This document shows positions 24,996 to 36,924 of a stretch of DNA of 39,021 nucleotides, one piece after another (the first letter of the stretch is position 1; each line of letters begins with the position of its first letter). Made by a program: the position numbers and the translations under genes. Location of the stretch: positions 1 to 39,021 of the forward strand of contig QPGO01000594.1 of the NCBI GenBank assembly GCA_008632985.1, given 5' to 3'. The notes beneath the pieces were generated by a model that worked only from the letters and a program-made list of their open reading frames with translations, was not told where the DNA came from and searched no databases. This DNA comes from Psammoneis japonica. Taxonomy: Eukaryota.

Positions 24996-27900
24996 TTGTG
25001 TGTGCACACCACAGAAGGTAAAAAGCACGAAAAATCAAAATTTTAACTAATGTGCCTTTGTAAATTCTTCTATGAACAGGGACGAATCGCATCAGTTCTG
25101 CTGGAATCAATTTCCGAGTGGAAGAAGCTCAATCCGAGCAGCACCTCAAGATGGAACGCTGTTTTTCGTCTAGCAAATGACAAGATTCGTTCTAATACAA
25201 TCCATTCCAAGTGTCTCAGGACCAAGGACTCTACAAGAGCACAGCATTGTCGAAACATCCACACCAAGTCATGGTTGGGTAGAATTTCAAGTCCCGAGTC
25301 GATCAGATCCGAGAAACACATCTACTTTGCAAGGAGAGACTATTGGAGAGTTTTTTGAGACCGAATCGACGAGCCTCCAGTCCAAAGAGCAAGAGGGAAC
25401 CGTTCAAAAGCACCTCAAGTGTCTCACAACTCATGTCCTCCGAGGAAATGCACTTCAGAATCAGAGTTGTTATTTTCAAGACGATCTGAAGAAACCAGAG
25501 CTGCTTGACAGCAAGAAAGCCTCTGTTAGACCCAAGAGGTCAATGAAGAGAGTCTATACGACCCTTCAATGGATTCTAAGTTGAATCTAGCGGGAAACCG
25601 AGCCGTGAGCTGTCAGCTGTCACTCGCACCGCAAGGATGGCAGCATCAGCCCACTGTCCAAAACATTGGATTGTTGGATCATGCCCTTGACGAGATGATT
25701 GAGGTTTGAGTCGTCCAGAGGTCAGCGAGGACGTCCATGACAAAAAAACACATCAAATCAGGCTCTGATGGCGCTGTTGATTCCAAAATCAAAAAGGTTC
25801 CAAATTTGGTTCCCAAAATGGTCTCCCACATGGCACCTGAACAATCCAAAGTGAATGCAAGGTCCAATCTTTGAAAAAAGAACACCTGCATCACGGATTG
25901 AAGCTGTTCTGAAAATGAACCAGCAAAAGAGTGCAAGGGTGACTCTGAAAGAGACCCAAAAATGCGCCGTTCAAATGGCAATCGCACGCGGTCGAGTCGC
26001 GACAACGAAAATGCCGCTCGCAAAAAAAGAGTTGAACGTCATGATTGATCAGGCGGTTCAAAAAATGCTCAAAGCGAGTTCCTCGAACAAAGAAAAAGAG
26101 CATGAGGGCAAAGAATCAGATTCTGATGCCCTCAGTGAAGAAAAACACCAATTTGATCGGATGATCCAGAGTGAATCCGAAGAACAATTTGGGTCCATTC
26201 ACGAATTGTTTGCTCTGCTGGATGTTAGGAAGCCTGGAAAAAAGGCAGAAATAATTCACACCAGTCCAGGAGTCATCATTTGTGTGAACAATTCCTTGGG
26301 AAAGGAGAGAAAAAAGCATCTGCGTGTTCCTGTCGATGACGGAACATCGTCAACCACAATTTTGCGCAAATTCGTGCGAAAGTTGAGAACACAAGAATCC
26401 GCCACCAAAAACTTGGGAAACCAAGGGTGAGCTCTTTACGACTGACAGCAAACACCGAATTCAGTTCTCACCATTCGAATTTAAGACATGCTGATGTTCA
26501 AACAGCACATGTTGAAAACACCAAATCTTCGTCAGGTTCAAATGATGTGATCATGGGACGCGACTTGATGTCCAGTCTTGGAGTCATGTTGGACTGCGCA
26601 AATGAAGAAATCAAATGGGAAGAAGCAATTGCCCTGTGAAGAATGTTCGTGCACTCTTCAATGCCGATGTTTTCAAGCTGAAAACCGATCACATGAAAAA
26701 TGTGACGCCGTGAACAGAGTTGACAACGGAGCCAATGGTCCTCGACTCACATCATCGCGCCATCGATCCCAATCAAGTGACAACTGCGGCGATGCATCTG
26801 ACCCAAATGAACACAACCAACTCAATCTTCTTCTCAAGAGGTTGAAATCTTTTTGAAAAGTTCCTCAGACGAGTGCATGGGAAGAACCAGTGGATCTCAT
26901 CATGGAAAATCTGACGCGATTCCACGACGCGTGAGAACCTTCTCCTGTCACAGTCTTTGGAGGCATCCAATCAAAAGGAGTTTGACCTGTTGTAAAAGAT
27001 TGAAGTCTTAAAAATGAAACTGCTCTGAATGAGTCACTCTGAGACTCATTGTCCAAAGAAAACAGGTCAAGTTTGACCGCGTCCGACACTCAGAAGCTCA
27101 GCAAAAGGTTCACACACGCAGTGCATCCTTTGCCCAATGTTCAGGAAATGCTGTTGAAGCAAGAACGTTTCATGTGTGTAATCCATTTAATTCAAACATG
27201 GAATGCCACCATGTCAAACAAAAAAAAGCACGTCGTGCTCACACAAAAATCATGTCATGGGGAGAAAATGAGTGCTGTCGATTTCCAATGAGAATCTGCA
27301 GAGCCCCAGACATTTTCACACAACACATGAGCGAACTCATGACAGGTTTGAAGTTGTCAGAATGACTGCATGTGATCGTTTGTGCCTGACAAAAGCAACT
27401 TCAAAATGTCGCCTGCACAAGTGACAGCTCAGTGCGGCATTCAAACGACTGGAACAGTCGCTCAGAAGGTTGACAACAAATTTCTTTCACTGTTTAACTT
27501 GAAATAAACTGTCAATGCTTCCATGCGCAACGATGTGCAATCGATCACAAAGAAAATGGAGGCGATTCAAGCAATCGCAACACGAGAAAAACGCAAAGAA
27601 CACTGCGACATCTCGTTGTCATGCGTCACTGCCATCGAGACATGCAGTCTCAATGTCCCACCGTTAAAACAGGATAAAGACATTTCCCTCCAAATTGTCG
27701 GACGCGACATGTCATACGAACACTTTTCGTGGAGGCGAGCGAGATCGAAAAATGCTCATGTCATGAGGACAAAATCGCCTTGTTTTTAAAAAGGACGGTT
27801 AGAAAAAAACTCTGTGATAGATTGGTGTGGTGTTACAGTGTCCACTTCACACTGGCAAAAAGACAATCTCACAACACCCGTGCGGTTGCATTGTACAATG

Positions 27901-28657
27901 TGCGAGGCAAGACATTGAAACACACATCATGTCGACACACGAGATGTGCCAAAGATCTAGAAAAAGAAAAGAAAAATGGACATTTGTCCACCAGTGCACG
28001 AAAGCAGTGCCTTCGGAATGACAAAATGACACCGGTGCCTGTGTCAAAAAGAAACGTCCAAACAACAATTCAAATCCAACTGACAGATGGTTGAAGCACA
28101 AAAAATCCACAATGGAGTTCACAACCATCACAGGACTGATTGTCAAGACGAAATGGTCACATCCTTGACCATCGTCAATTGTCACCCATGAAACGGGCAG
28201 TGCAGCAGAGCAATGTGGCATGTGAAGCAAGCCCGCCAAACCACACGAAATCCACAAGTGCAAGAAGTGGTCTAAGTGAACGCCAATTAAGTGCGTACAT
28301 CAAGCACTGGGCAAAATGCTGTGTGCAATCGACACCATGAAAGAACAGCAGGACAGTTGGTCCTTGTGTCCACATGAACAAAACAATGTCAGAGAGAATG
28401 CTCGATGCAACACTGCAGCACATTTGCACACATGTGCACACAGAGAGGGTCACACACACACACAAAGCATGAGACAAATCACGACACTCTCGAAAGACAT
28501 TTGGAAATTGAAATGGTCCTGTGCTGGCCTGCACAAAACAACAACAGTCATTGCCAATGGCACAATGCAGTTAACGTGGAGACATTGTTGGCACTGTCAA
28601 TGTCCGCCAAATCACTCCACTTGACGAACAACTCCAATGTGCAATTAGGGAGGCGAA

Positions 28658-29025
28658 TGCAGTGTGCGACTGTTGTGTGCATGTTCACAATTGTGTGTCA
28701 TTCATGTGTCAATCGCACCACAGTCGTGGATGCGCACAAAGGACAGAACGATCACACAGAGTTGATCGGATGTCAAAAATTACAAATGCAATCGATTGAC
28801 GATGTTGACATCTTGCGCGTCAATGGCAATCGCATCCGGACAATCTGTTGTCACAAACACATTCTCCGAAAGGCCTTTTGTCTGTGGAAGCAGTGCAGAA
28901 AGCTTTGGGCCATTGAGAACTCGTTCGGAGAAACCAAAAATCACAGAGCAAAATTCAATCTCATAATTTCCACTTTTCGTGCACTGTTCCACTTTCGTTT
29001 GCACTCGTTCTTCAAGCACAGTGCA
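28658..29025 (+). repeat. 3' LTR (368 bp), TpA nearly eliminated
   Basis: Preceded by the PPT, followed by the TSD; contains 2 TpA. Confidence 0.95.
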
Positions 29026-29819
29026 GCAGCAGCACCAAAGTGACCCGGAGAAAAGACCAGCGTGCAATTTCCGCCAAAACAACCCGCTTTTGTCTTTGCC
29101 AATTGGCCCCCAATGCTGCTTCTTTTCTCTGCTGTTCAATCAAATCCTTCACTCTTTGGGGTGAATGTGCTGCTTCTGTTGTGGCCTTTCCAGCAAGAAT
29201 GCAAGTCATCCTGTGGCATCATTTGGTTGTCATCCTGTTTGCTGCTCCCACCAGCTTTTCTGCACAAGACCTGGTGCTGTTTCAACACGCAACAAATGTT
29301 TTTTGCCAATGCTTGTCTCACCTTCACGGCTTCTTTTGCAAACTCTTTTAACAACCTGTCCAAATGCAATTGTCCTTTGCAGTTGTGGTGTGCATTCCAT
29401 GGCTGTCATCAGCAAGCACACAATGAGTTCCTCATGTGAGTCACTCCTTTTCAGTTGTTTTGGTGGGGTGTCACCTTCTGGTGGCGCCCATTCTGGCCAA
29501 TCCCATGCAAGCTCCTGCTGCACTAAAGCAGTGCACTGGGAGTGTGGGTCAGCTGGCGCCGGCGTGGCTGGCAATGGAGTGACTGCACTTGCAACTCAGA
29601 TTTCTTTTTTTTTGGTTCACTGGGGGTGTGGGTCGCTTGTTGTCAGAGTTGCAGGATGGAAGCACAGCAGCAGTTTAAGTGCAGATTTTGGGTTTTGCTT
29701 TGCTTTGACTGATGCAAGCAGCACAAAGCAGTGTGACTGCCTTGAAGTGCAGATCAGGAAGAGCAGTGTGCAACCCCACGAATGGCATGTTGTGATGTGG
29801 CACTTGCTTCACTGTCAAT

Positions 29820-29959
29820 TGCAACATGCAGCCACTGACAAGAGCCAATGCATGCAGACAAAAACAACCTTTTGTCTGCATGCATGCTGCAGACGTGTTG
29901 CAGTTTAAATGTCACAAAGGTCGTGACAAAAACAACCTTTTGTCTGCATGCATGCTGCA
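29820..29959. mobile_element. 140-bp TG...CA insertion with CAAT TSD, short terminal inverted repeats and an internal hairpin (mini solo LTR or MITE)
   Basis: Absent from copies 1, 2 and 4 (CTGTCAATGGAAAG). CAAT at 29816-29819 and 29960-29963. Ends TGCAACATGCA / TGCATGCTGCA are a 10/11 inverted match. Confidence 0.85.
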
Positions 29960-31099
29960 CAATGGAAAGACAGCAAGCAAACCCCTCAACAAGAAGCTTG
30001 TGTGCCTCAGGTTGGCAGCAGCAGCAAAGCACATGCCCCATTCATTCCATCCAATGAGCGGCTCTGACAAAGGCAAGATGCCCGAGTTGTCACTCAGCTG
30101 TGCTGAGGCAAAGCAAGGAAGACAAATCAGATGTTGGTAAAAAGGAACCTCTTCTCCAGTCTCCTGGGATCAGCTGGTCAGGAATTCACTCAAAGTGATG
30201 CAGAGATGTTTGTCCAAGCACTGGTCAAAACAAAGAGAAGAGAGGCAGAGTTGGGTGCAATGCAAGCTGGCAGCTCCAAGAGAGCTGCTTTTGCTGCCAG
30301 TTTGTGTCTTGAAACAACAAAAAAAAATGACAAAAGACAGAAAAAGAAAGTTCTGTGGTTGCATCAACTCTGTCAATGCCAGCAGCAACAAAGGGAAAAG
30401 CAAAAAAAATCTTTGTTCACCCATGGTGTGACCCATGTTGTGCCAGTTGCATCATGACAAATGGCTGGTGCACAATCACATCTGGCACACATCAACCACC
30501 TTTGTGTGCATGTTGGTCAGGAGGGGTGCAGAGGTGCACTTGCAGGGATTCAATGGGGTCCCTGTGTGCAAGTTCATGGTGCAGTGTCTGCCCTTGGGCA
30601 GATCAAAACATGGTTGCAGGCACACACTGTCAAAGCCATGTGCATCCATGGTGTTTGTTGGGCTGTTCTCAACTTGAGAAATGTTGTTCACTTTGAATGC
30701 TGTGTCCTGTTTGCCAGTCTTCTTGTTCAGCAGTTGGAGTCAATCCACCACTCAGCTGTCATGAGCAATGCAGCACTTGTTCTTTGCATCCTTTAAACTC
30801 AGGATGTTTGCAGCTGTGTTCTGTGATCCAAACTTCATGTCTCCTCATCCAGTCATGGTGGCGTGGTGCTTGTCCAAGGCACACCAGTGGACAGGTCAGC
30901 CTTGACCTTTGCTGGATGCATGTCATGCACCAGTCTCTGGCTTGCTGCCACGCTGAGGGTGAAGCCATTGTCAAGGATGAGTTCATCCAACTTGACACCC
31001 ACATCGGCTTGGCTCAGTGTTGGAGCTTTTTGGTCTCACCATCTCTCTAAACTTGCCGTGTGGCTTGCAGCCACATTGTCATTGCCATCAACCACTGTC

Positions 31100-31685
31100 A
31101 CCTGCCTGCCAACCTGAAATCTGCCAACAACAATGGCACACCCCTGTTGCAGTCCACTCTGTCCCAAGTGAGACATTTGCTGAGTTGCTTCAACTGTCAA
31201 AGCAAAAGACTGGTTTCCTCATTGTGAGGCCATTTCTTGGCTTTGTTCATCTCCACTTTTGATTGTGCGTGACAGTCGGAAATGCAAAAGGCCATGATGA
31301 CATGGCTTGTCACTGCAACTCCCATTCCAGCAACATCTCTCAGATGAACAGTGACTGTGACATGCCACAGCATTTTGGTGACAACCCCTCATTTGCTTGC
31401 AATTTGGTGGAACAAGAGAATGTCCAGGGGACAGTGGAGGCTGCCATGGTGGCCATGGAGGAAAGGCATCATGGCAAGGCAACTGCTGCTTGCAAATGGT
31501 GCAAGGACATTTCTCAGCACTTGGCTCATCCTGTGTTTCAGGACATCCCTCATGGTGGAGGAAAGCATGGCATTTTTGGCATGCTCCCCTGGGAACTGTT
31601 GCATGCCTTGCACTTGGCTTTTTGCAAGTGTCTGCTTCAACAATGCAGGAAACTTGAACAGACAACAGGGAGAAGGGGGGGTCAT
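31100..31685 (+). mobile_element. Second copy of the Plavaka-like transposase fragment
   Basis: ORF 31263-31688 is nearly identical to ORF 15412-15837. Confidence 0.55.
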
Positions 31686-32147
31686 TGATGCTTGAGAGGC
31701 ATGGAGAGAGACCAGTCGGCAGTTTGATGAGTCATCTGTCTAAAAATGCCTTGCAGAACATGCAGAGTTTGCACTGAAACCTGTGTGGAAACCTTGCACA
31801 TGAGAACAAAAAATGCCAAGAAGAGTGCCGAGCAAATGAGCCAACAGGGCTTGACGCCAATTGTTTTCCACTGCATGAGATTGCCAATGATTGTAGAACA
31901 AAGGCATGTTGACAAAAGAGCACATCTGAACAGGCAGGTGAGAACCATCACCACACCATCAGAGAAAAGGCAACATCAGCACCAGAGCTTGTGCAGAAAA
32001 ACATGCAGAGGGTGTGGCCGTGAAGCTGAGGCAGAATTGTGCAATCATCCAAAAACAGCAGAGCACTGCAATGAAACTGCATTTTTTGAAGACAACCACG
32101 TGCATTTCATTCAAATCAACCAAAAGTGGAGTCAGAAAAACCAATTG

Positions 32148-32515
32148 TGCAGCGTGCAACTGTTGTGTGCATGTTTGTGATCACACATTGTTTGTGTGTC
32201 AATTGCACCACAGTCGCGGATGCGCACGAAGGACAGAATGATCACACAGAGTTCATCGGAAGTCAAAAATTGCAAATGCAATTGACAGACAATGTCGACA
32301 TCTCATGTGTCAATGGCAATCACATCCGGACAATCTGTTGTCACGAACAACTTTTTCGAAAGGCCTTTTAGTCTGTGGGACCAGCACAAGAGCTTTGGAC
32401 CATTGAGAACTCATTCGGAGAAACCAAAAATCACAGAGCAAAACTCAATCTCACAATTTCCACTTTTTGCACTTTGCCCCACTTTTGTTTGTGCTTGTTC
32501 TTTGAGCATGGTGCA
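32148..32515 (+). mobile_element. Solo LTR, duplicate of 16296-16665 within repeat copy 3
   Basis: Same insertion site and sequence; flanks ATTG/ACTG. Confidence 0.9.
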
Positions 32516-32584
32516 ACTGTTGTGGATGACACAAAGTTGGACAAGACACTTGAAGTTTTGCAAAAAAATTGTGGTTGTCCATTG

Positions 32585-33481
32585 CCAGTGATGCCAACAC
32601 ACCATCTGAGGATGAAACTGGCCATTTGGACTTGCATGAGTGCTCCTGACAGGAGGCCTTGGATGAACTGTTTGAATTGACAGAGAAAAGAGTGGTCAAA
32701 ATGGATGGGAAGGAGTGGTCTGCAAAGAGTGGGAAGGCCCCCAAAACTTCAAGGAAATGCCAAGTGCATTTTGGCAACTGGGGCAATCCAAGGTTGAGTG
32801 TTCCCATTCCACACACTCCAAGAAATGCAGACATGGCTTGGCATGGCTCTGTCAGGCTCATCCAAAAGCATTTGGAAAATGAGGACAAGGAGATGGAAGA
32901 GCAAAAACAAGGTGCATCATTGATTGCTTGGGCAAGGCAGTGCCAAACACATTCTGCAAGGCTTGGTCCATTCACAAAGAGTGGCTTCATTGAGTGGCAA
33001 AAGAGTTGGCCAATGGCAACAAAATGTTGTGCTCAATGGAGGATGAGCACCTGCACACAACCCTTGCCATCAACAGTTGCTGTGGTGGTGGGGTTGCTGG
33101 CATTCATGTGGACACACACAATGCATCCATGCATTGGAGGGGATTGCCAGACTTTCATTGCAACCCAACCGGCAATGCAGACATTGCCCTCCTTGTGTGT
33201 GCTCCAGTCAAGAAAGGTGTGTTGAAGCCAATCTTGGTGTTGCAACATGCCAAAACCATGACTTTTTTCAATGCAGGATCCTTTTGTCATGGAGCAATTC
33301 ATGTGGGATGCACCTCACTCATTTGAACAGTTTGTTCTTCTGTGCAAGTGAGTCAAACAAATTGCTCAGGCCCAAGCCAAAGTGGGTTGGCAATCACAGC
33401 AAGAATGGACAACATCTGTTCCTTGCTTGGCACACAAAGCAAAACTTGCCGATGGTGGATGCAACGGATGAGGTGCACTGA
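32585..33481 (+). pseudogene. Candidate TET/JBP-like 2OG-Fe(II) dioxygenase, decayed (copy B, more complete)
   Basis: HTTLAINSCCGGGVAGIHVDTHN ... FFNAGSFCHGA ... GQHLFLAWHTK, matching a TxxxN-(x)n-HxD ... H ... R-x5-aromatic layout once Q->R and C/H->Y are restored. Confidence 0.5.
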
Positions 33482-33859
33482 AAACACAACATGGAACCTT
33501 GTTTGTTCATGATGAAGATTGGCAATGGGTGCAATCAAATTTGAAAGAACAGAAATGAGTGCAATGACCTGAGCAGCGATGGTTCCGACAAGGATTGGAC
33601 ATGTCTGCACAAAAGGTCAGACAGAATGGAACCAGTTCATGACTGCAGTGAGGCATCCAAAATTTGGCAACTTCAGGAAAGGTGACAACTGCAATGACAA
33701 TGCACACAAGGAGCTGCTTTTGCAGACAACAGACAGGGTTGACACAGTTGGAACATTCCAAAAAGGACACAACTGAGACACATCAAACTCCAGCAGATCC
33801 GTTGGCCTCATCAAACATGTCATCATTGTCTGCCATAGAATGCTCCAGCTCCTTGGTTG

Positions 33860-35606
33860 CATGTCACTTGTTTCCATTCAGTTGCACCTCATTGTCCAGC
33901 TCGGAGGGTGGGAAAATGACTTGCTCCACTGGGAAAAGGTTGCTGTGGTCTGTTCCCTTAGTGCGTGACAGAAAATCAAGAGTTGGTCCAACCAGGACAT
34001 CCATTGCAACAGCAGCCAAATCTGCATTTGTGGGGCAAAAGCTGGCTGATTTGGTTTCTCCACCTCCAAATTGTTGCTTCAGGAAAGAAAGGCCCATGTT
34101 CACTGAAAGTGCCATCCAATGCACGGTTGGAGGTCATGACAATGTTGCGCCACTTCATGAAATGTGCAATGTCTGGGGCAGCATGCTTCTGCTTGGATTT
34201 AGCCAAAGGGACATTGGCAATGAAGTGATTGTGCAAACGTGCACATTTTTGAACAACACCATCATTGGCTGGATCGCTGCTTTTGGGTGCAGCTGGCATG
34301 TCATCCATGTTGCACAGGCTGTCAATCAGATCATCCTCATGATGCCAGAACACATTGGCAAGGAGAAACTTTGCAGTGATCAACTGGGTGAGTGCCTCCT
34401 GAGCGGCACTTTCCATGCAGTGGGTCACAGCTGGCTCATTGTTCTTGGCGTAAAAGTTGGTGACTTTGTCGTGGCTCTGACTGCAGTCTTTCATTGGCAT
34501 TCAAGTGCAACAAAGGCTGACAGCAGCAGCAAGAGGCAAGAAAAAATCTGCCCACAGAGATGGGGCCAACCATCCAAAGTGGCAGGTGGTGCAGAGACAG
34601 GCTGCATTGTGATGACACGCAACAGCACTGTTTTCCTCAACTGTTGACACAGTGCCAGCAGGAGGGGCAGTGAACAAGTCAACAGGAGTGTGCTGGCCTG
34701 CAAAAAAGACAAATGAACCACAAACCCATCATGGTCACACAGAGAAGATTCAAAGAAGAGGGGACAAGGATTTGCATCACCTGCATCACCATGATGGGAG
34801 CCACAGACTCCACAAAGGACTGTGGGAAACAAGGCACTGCCGGCCTTTTTGGGTGGCAGAGTGTGGTTGATTTGTGTTCTGAGACAGGAAGCAAAGGTGT
34901 TTTGTTCTTAATTCATGAAGTTGAGGGCCAAGGGGCCAACCTTCTCCCAAAACTTTTGACAAACTTCAGGTTTGTTGAATTCATTGTCAGACCTGTCCTT
35001 GTCATTTTTTGGGTTTTTTGGGAAGACATGTTCCCAAACCATCAAGGCAAAGGGACATTTGGAGTTTGCACCGGCATCCAGGAGTGGATGGCAAATCACA
35101 GTGTTGCCAATCTCTTGTTTGGATGGAAAACCCAGAGAGAACAGAGCAGCATGACCCACCTTTGAGTTGCCCACTTTCTTCACAAAGTTGGTCTCCAAAT
35201 TTGTCATTTTGCTGGCATGAAAGGTCTGTTTCTGAGCTTTCTAGAGAGAGGCAACGGCCTTGTTGGCAGTGACAATTTTTGCACCACAGGCGTTGTGCTT
35301 TTGCTGCAGTTGCTTGCACATCTTTTTGTTGTGGTTTTTGCATGGGCTGCACATCCTCCAGCAAAACAAAAGCCACACTCTGCAATCATTGCCAGACATT
35401 TGGTTTCACTTTGTCATGCTGCTTGAGAGAAATTCAACATCTTCTTTTTGAATTTGAGGGGAACAGTTCTCAGACACATCATCAGAGGAGTCGGCTTCTT
35501 CATTGATGGAGGCTGCAGCAGCGGTGGCAGCTGCTGGGTCATTGACTGGTGGAGCAGCTGTGGATGACATGTTCCAGCCCTGGGTGGAAGCTTGTGGTGC
35601 TGACAT
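33860..35606 (-). pseudogene. Decayed long ORF of unknown product, possibly an accessory gene of the Plavaka-like element
   Basis: Protein-like segments MSAPQASTQ...EEADSSDD (35406-35606), MTNLETNFVKK...FWEKVGPLALNFMN (34908-35207) and ORF 33976-34500 line up with stops and frameshifts; mostly deleted in copy 1. Confidence 0.35.
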
Positions 35607-36924
35607 GTGACATGATCATTTTTGTCATCTGTTGCATGTTTCACACTCACATTTCTGCATGTGATCTTTCAAAAAATTGTTCCACACTCCCTGTTTTGCA
35701 AAGCCCCAGATGTTTCATTTGGCACATTTGTGGGAACAACAATGCACCAGGCACATCCTTCAATGTCTGAAGAATGCACCTGGCTGAGTGAGAAATGACT
35801 TGCTTCAATCATGAACAAGTTTGTGCGTTCTCAAAATTGCCTCTTTTTCTGTTGGCGATCATTGACATTTTCATTGCCTGACAATTTTGCTGCGGAGCTT
35901 GCACGCAGAATTGCATGGGCCCAATGTCACATGGATTCCCACCTGCATCTGGAGCATGTCGGACAAAGAGCCTTGACATCACAGAGGGCCAGTCCTGGAG
36001 AGCCTTGCCTGGGCTGCCCAGAAGGACGAACTTGGCAACCTCCACCATGACCTCCACCATGGCTGCCAGCACCACTGGCACGACTGGCATTGTTGGGGCC
36101 AGCAACTTGTTGGTTTGGCTTCTTCCATTTTTTGGGCGGCATGGTTGATGACAGCACAAAATGGAAAAAGGGGTTGATTTAAGTCCTGGAAATGGGAGTG
36201 CAAAGGCAGAAGTGTGTGAAATTCCCAATCTTGACAAGGGCACTTAATGTCATAAAATCAAACTTGTTGAACAAATGTGGGATGTCAATGACTGAATGAT
36301 TCATCAAGGTTTTCAAATCATTCAAACCATTGCATTGTGGCAAAAAGATTGAATTTTAAAATGAAATTGTTGCTGAGAAAGAGATGCTGGTGGGAATCAA
36401 CTGATGGTGATGCTCACAGTTTGGCCAAAAAACGAGTTGTCCCCCTCACAAGACACAGAAAATGCAAACTCAAGTTGCAAGCAATGCATGAAAATGTGAG
36501 CGGCAGTGACAAGTGGCGGCATTGTGGATGGGACAGAATGAAATGCAGGACACAAGGTGAGAAAGAGGAAACAAGTGGCTGGTGCATGGAGATCAGGGCA
36601 CAACGCAAACAACGGACACTTGTGCACATCTTTGCACACAGAAATCTGCACAGCAACCTGACATGATGCAAAGGAAGATTGGCAATGGGGAAGGGCACAA
36701 AGGCGAGCCAAAGCAATGCATGAGACGAGATTGCAGGAAACACAAGACACACGCAAAAACTGATCATTGGCACAAAGGTTTGTCCAGTCGCAGGCAATGC
36801 TTTGCCCAGCCAACAGAAGGAACCTGAGATTGATCATTCATCAGCGGCCGCAACACAGTGGTGTTCACTTCCCTTCATCTGGTTTGTGCCAATTGACGTT
36901 GTGTGAGTTTGTCTTTTTTTTACT

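Larger units (their letters stand above)
24629..29025 (+). mobile_element. Ty3/Gypsy LTR retrotransposon, non-autonomous (decayed gag-PR-RT-IN), two LTRs, GCAG TSD
   Basis: LTRs 24629-24995 and 28658-29025 (TG...CA). GCAG at 24625-24628 and 29026-29029. Polypurine tract AGGGAGGCGAA at 28647-28657. Protease VDDGTSSTTI and DVIMGRDLMSSLGVMLD; RT HPLPNVQEMLLK and WGENECCRFPMRICRAPDIF; KKMEAIQAIA; integrase-like remnants at ~27800-28400. Order PR-RT-IN. Confidence 0.92.
29086..36924 (+). repeat. Segmental repeat unit, copy 3 (5'-truncated, two large deletions, ~1.6 kb extra segment)
   Basis: Collinear with 11330-19442. Deletion junctions at ~30680 and ~31100; segment ~34054-35663 is absent from copy 1. 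Confidence 0.93.
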
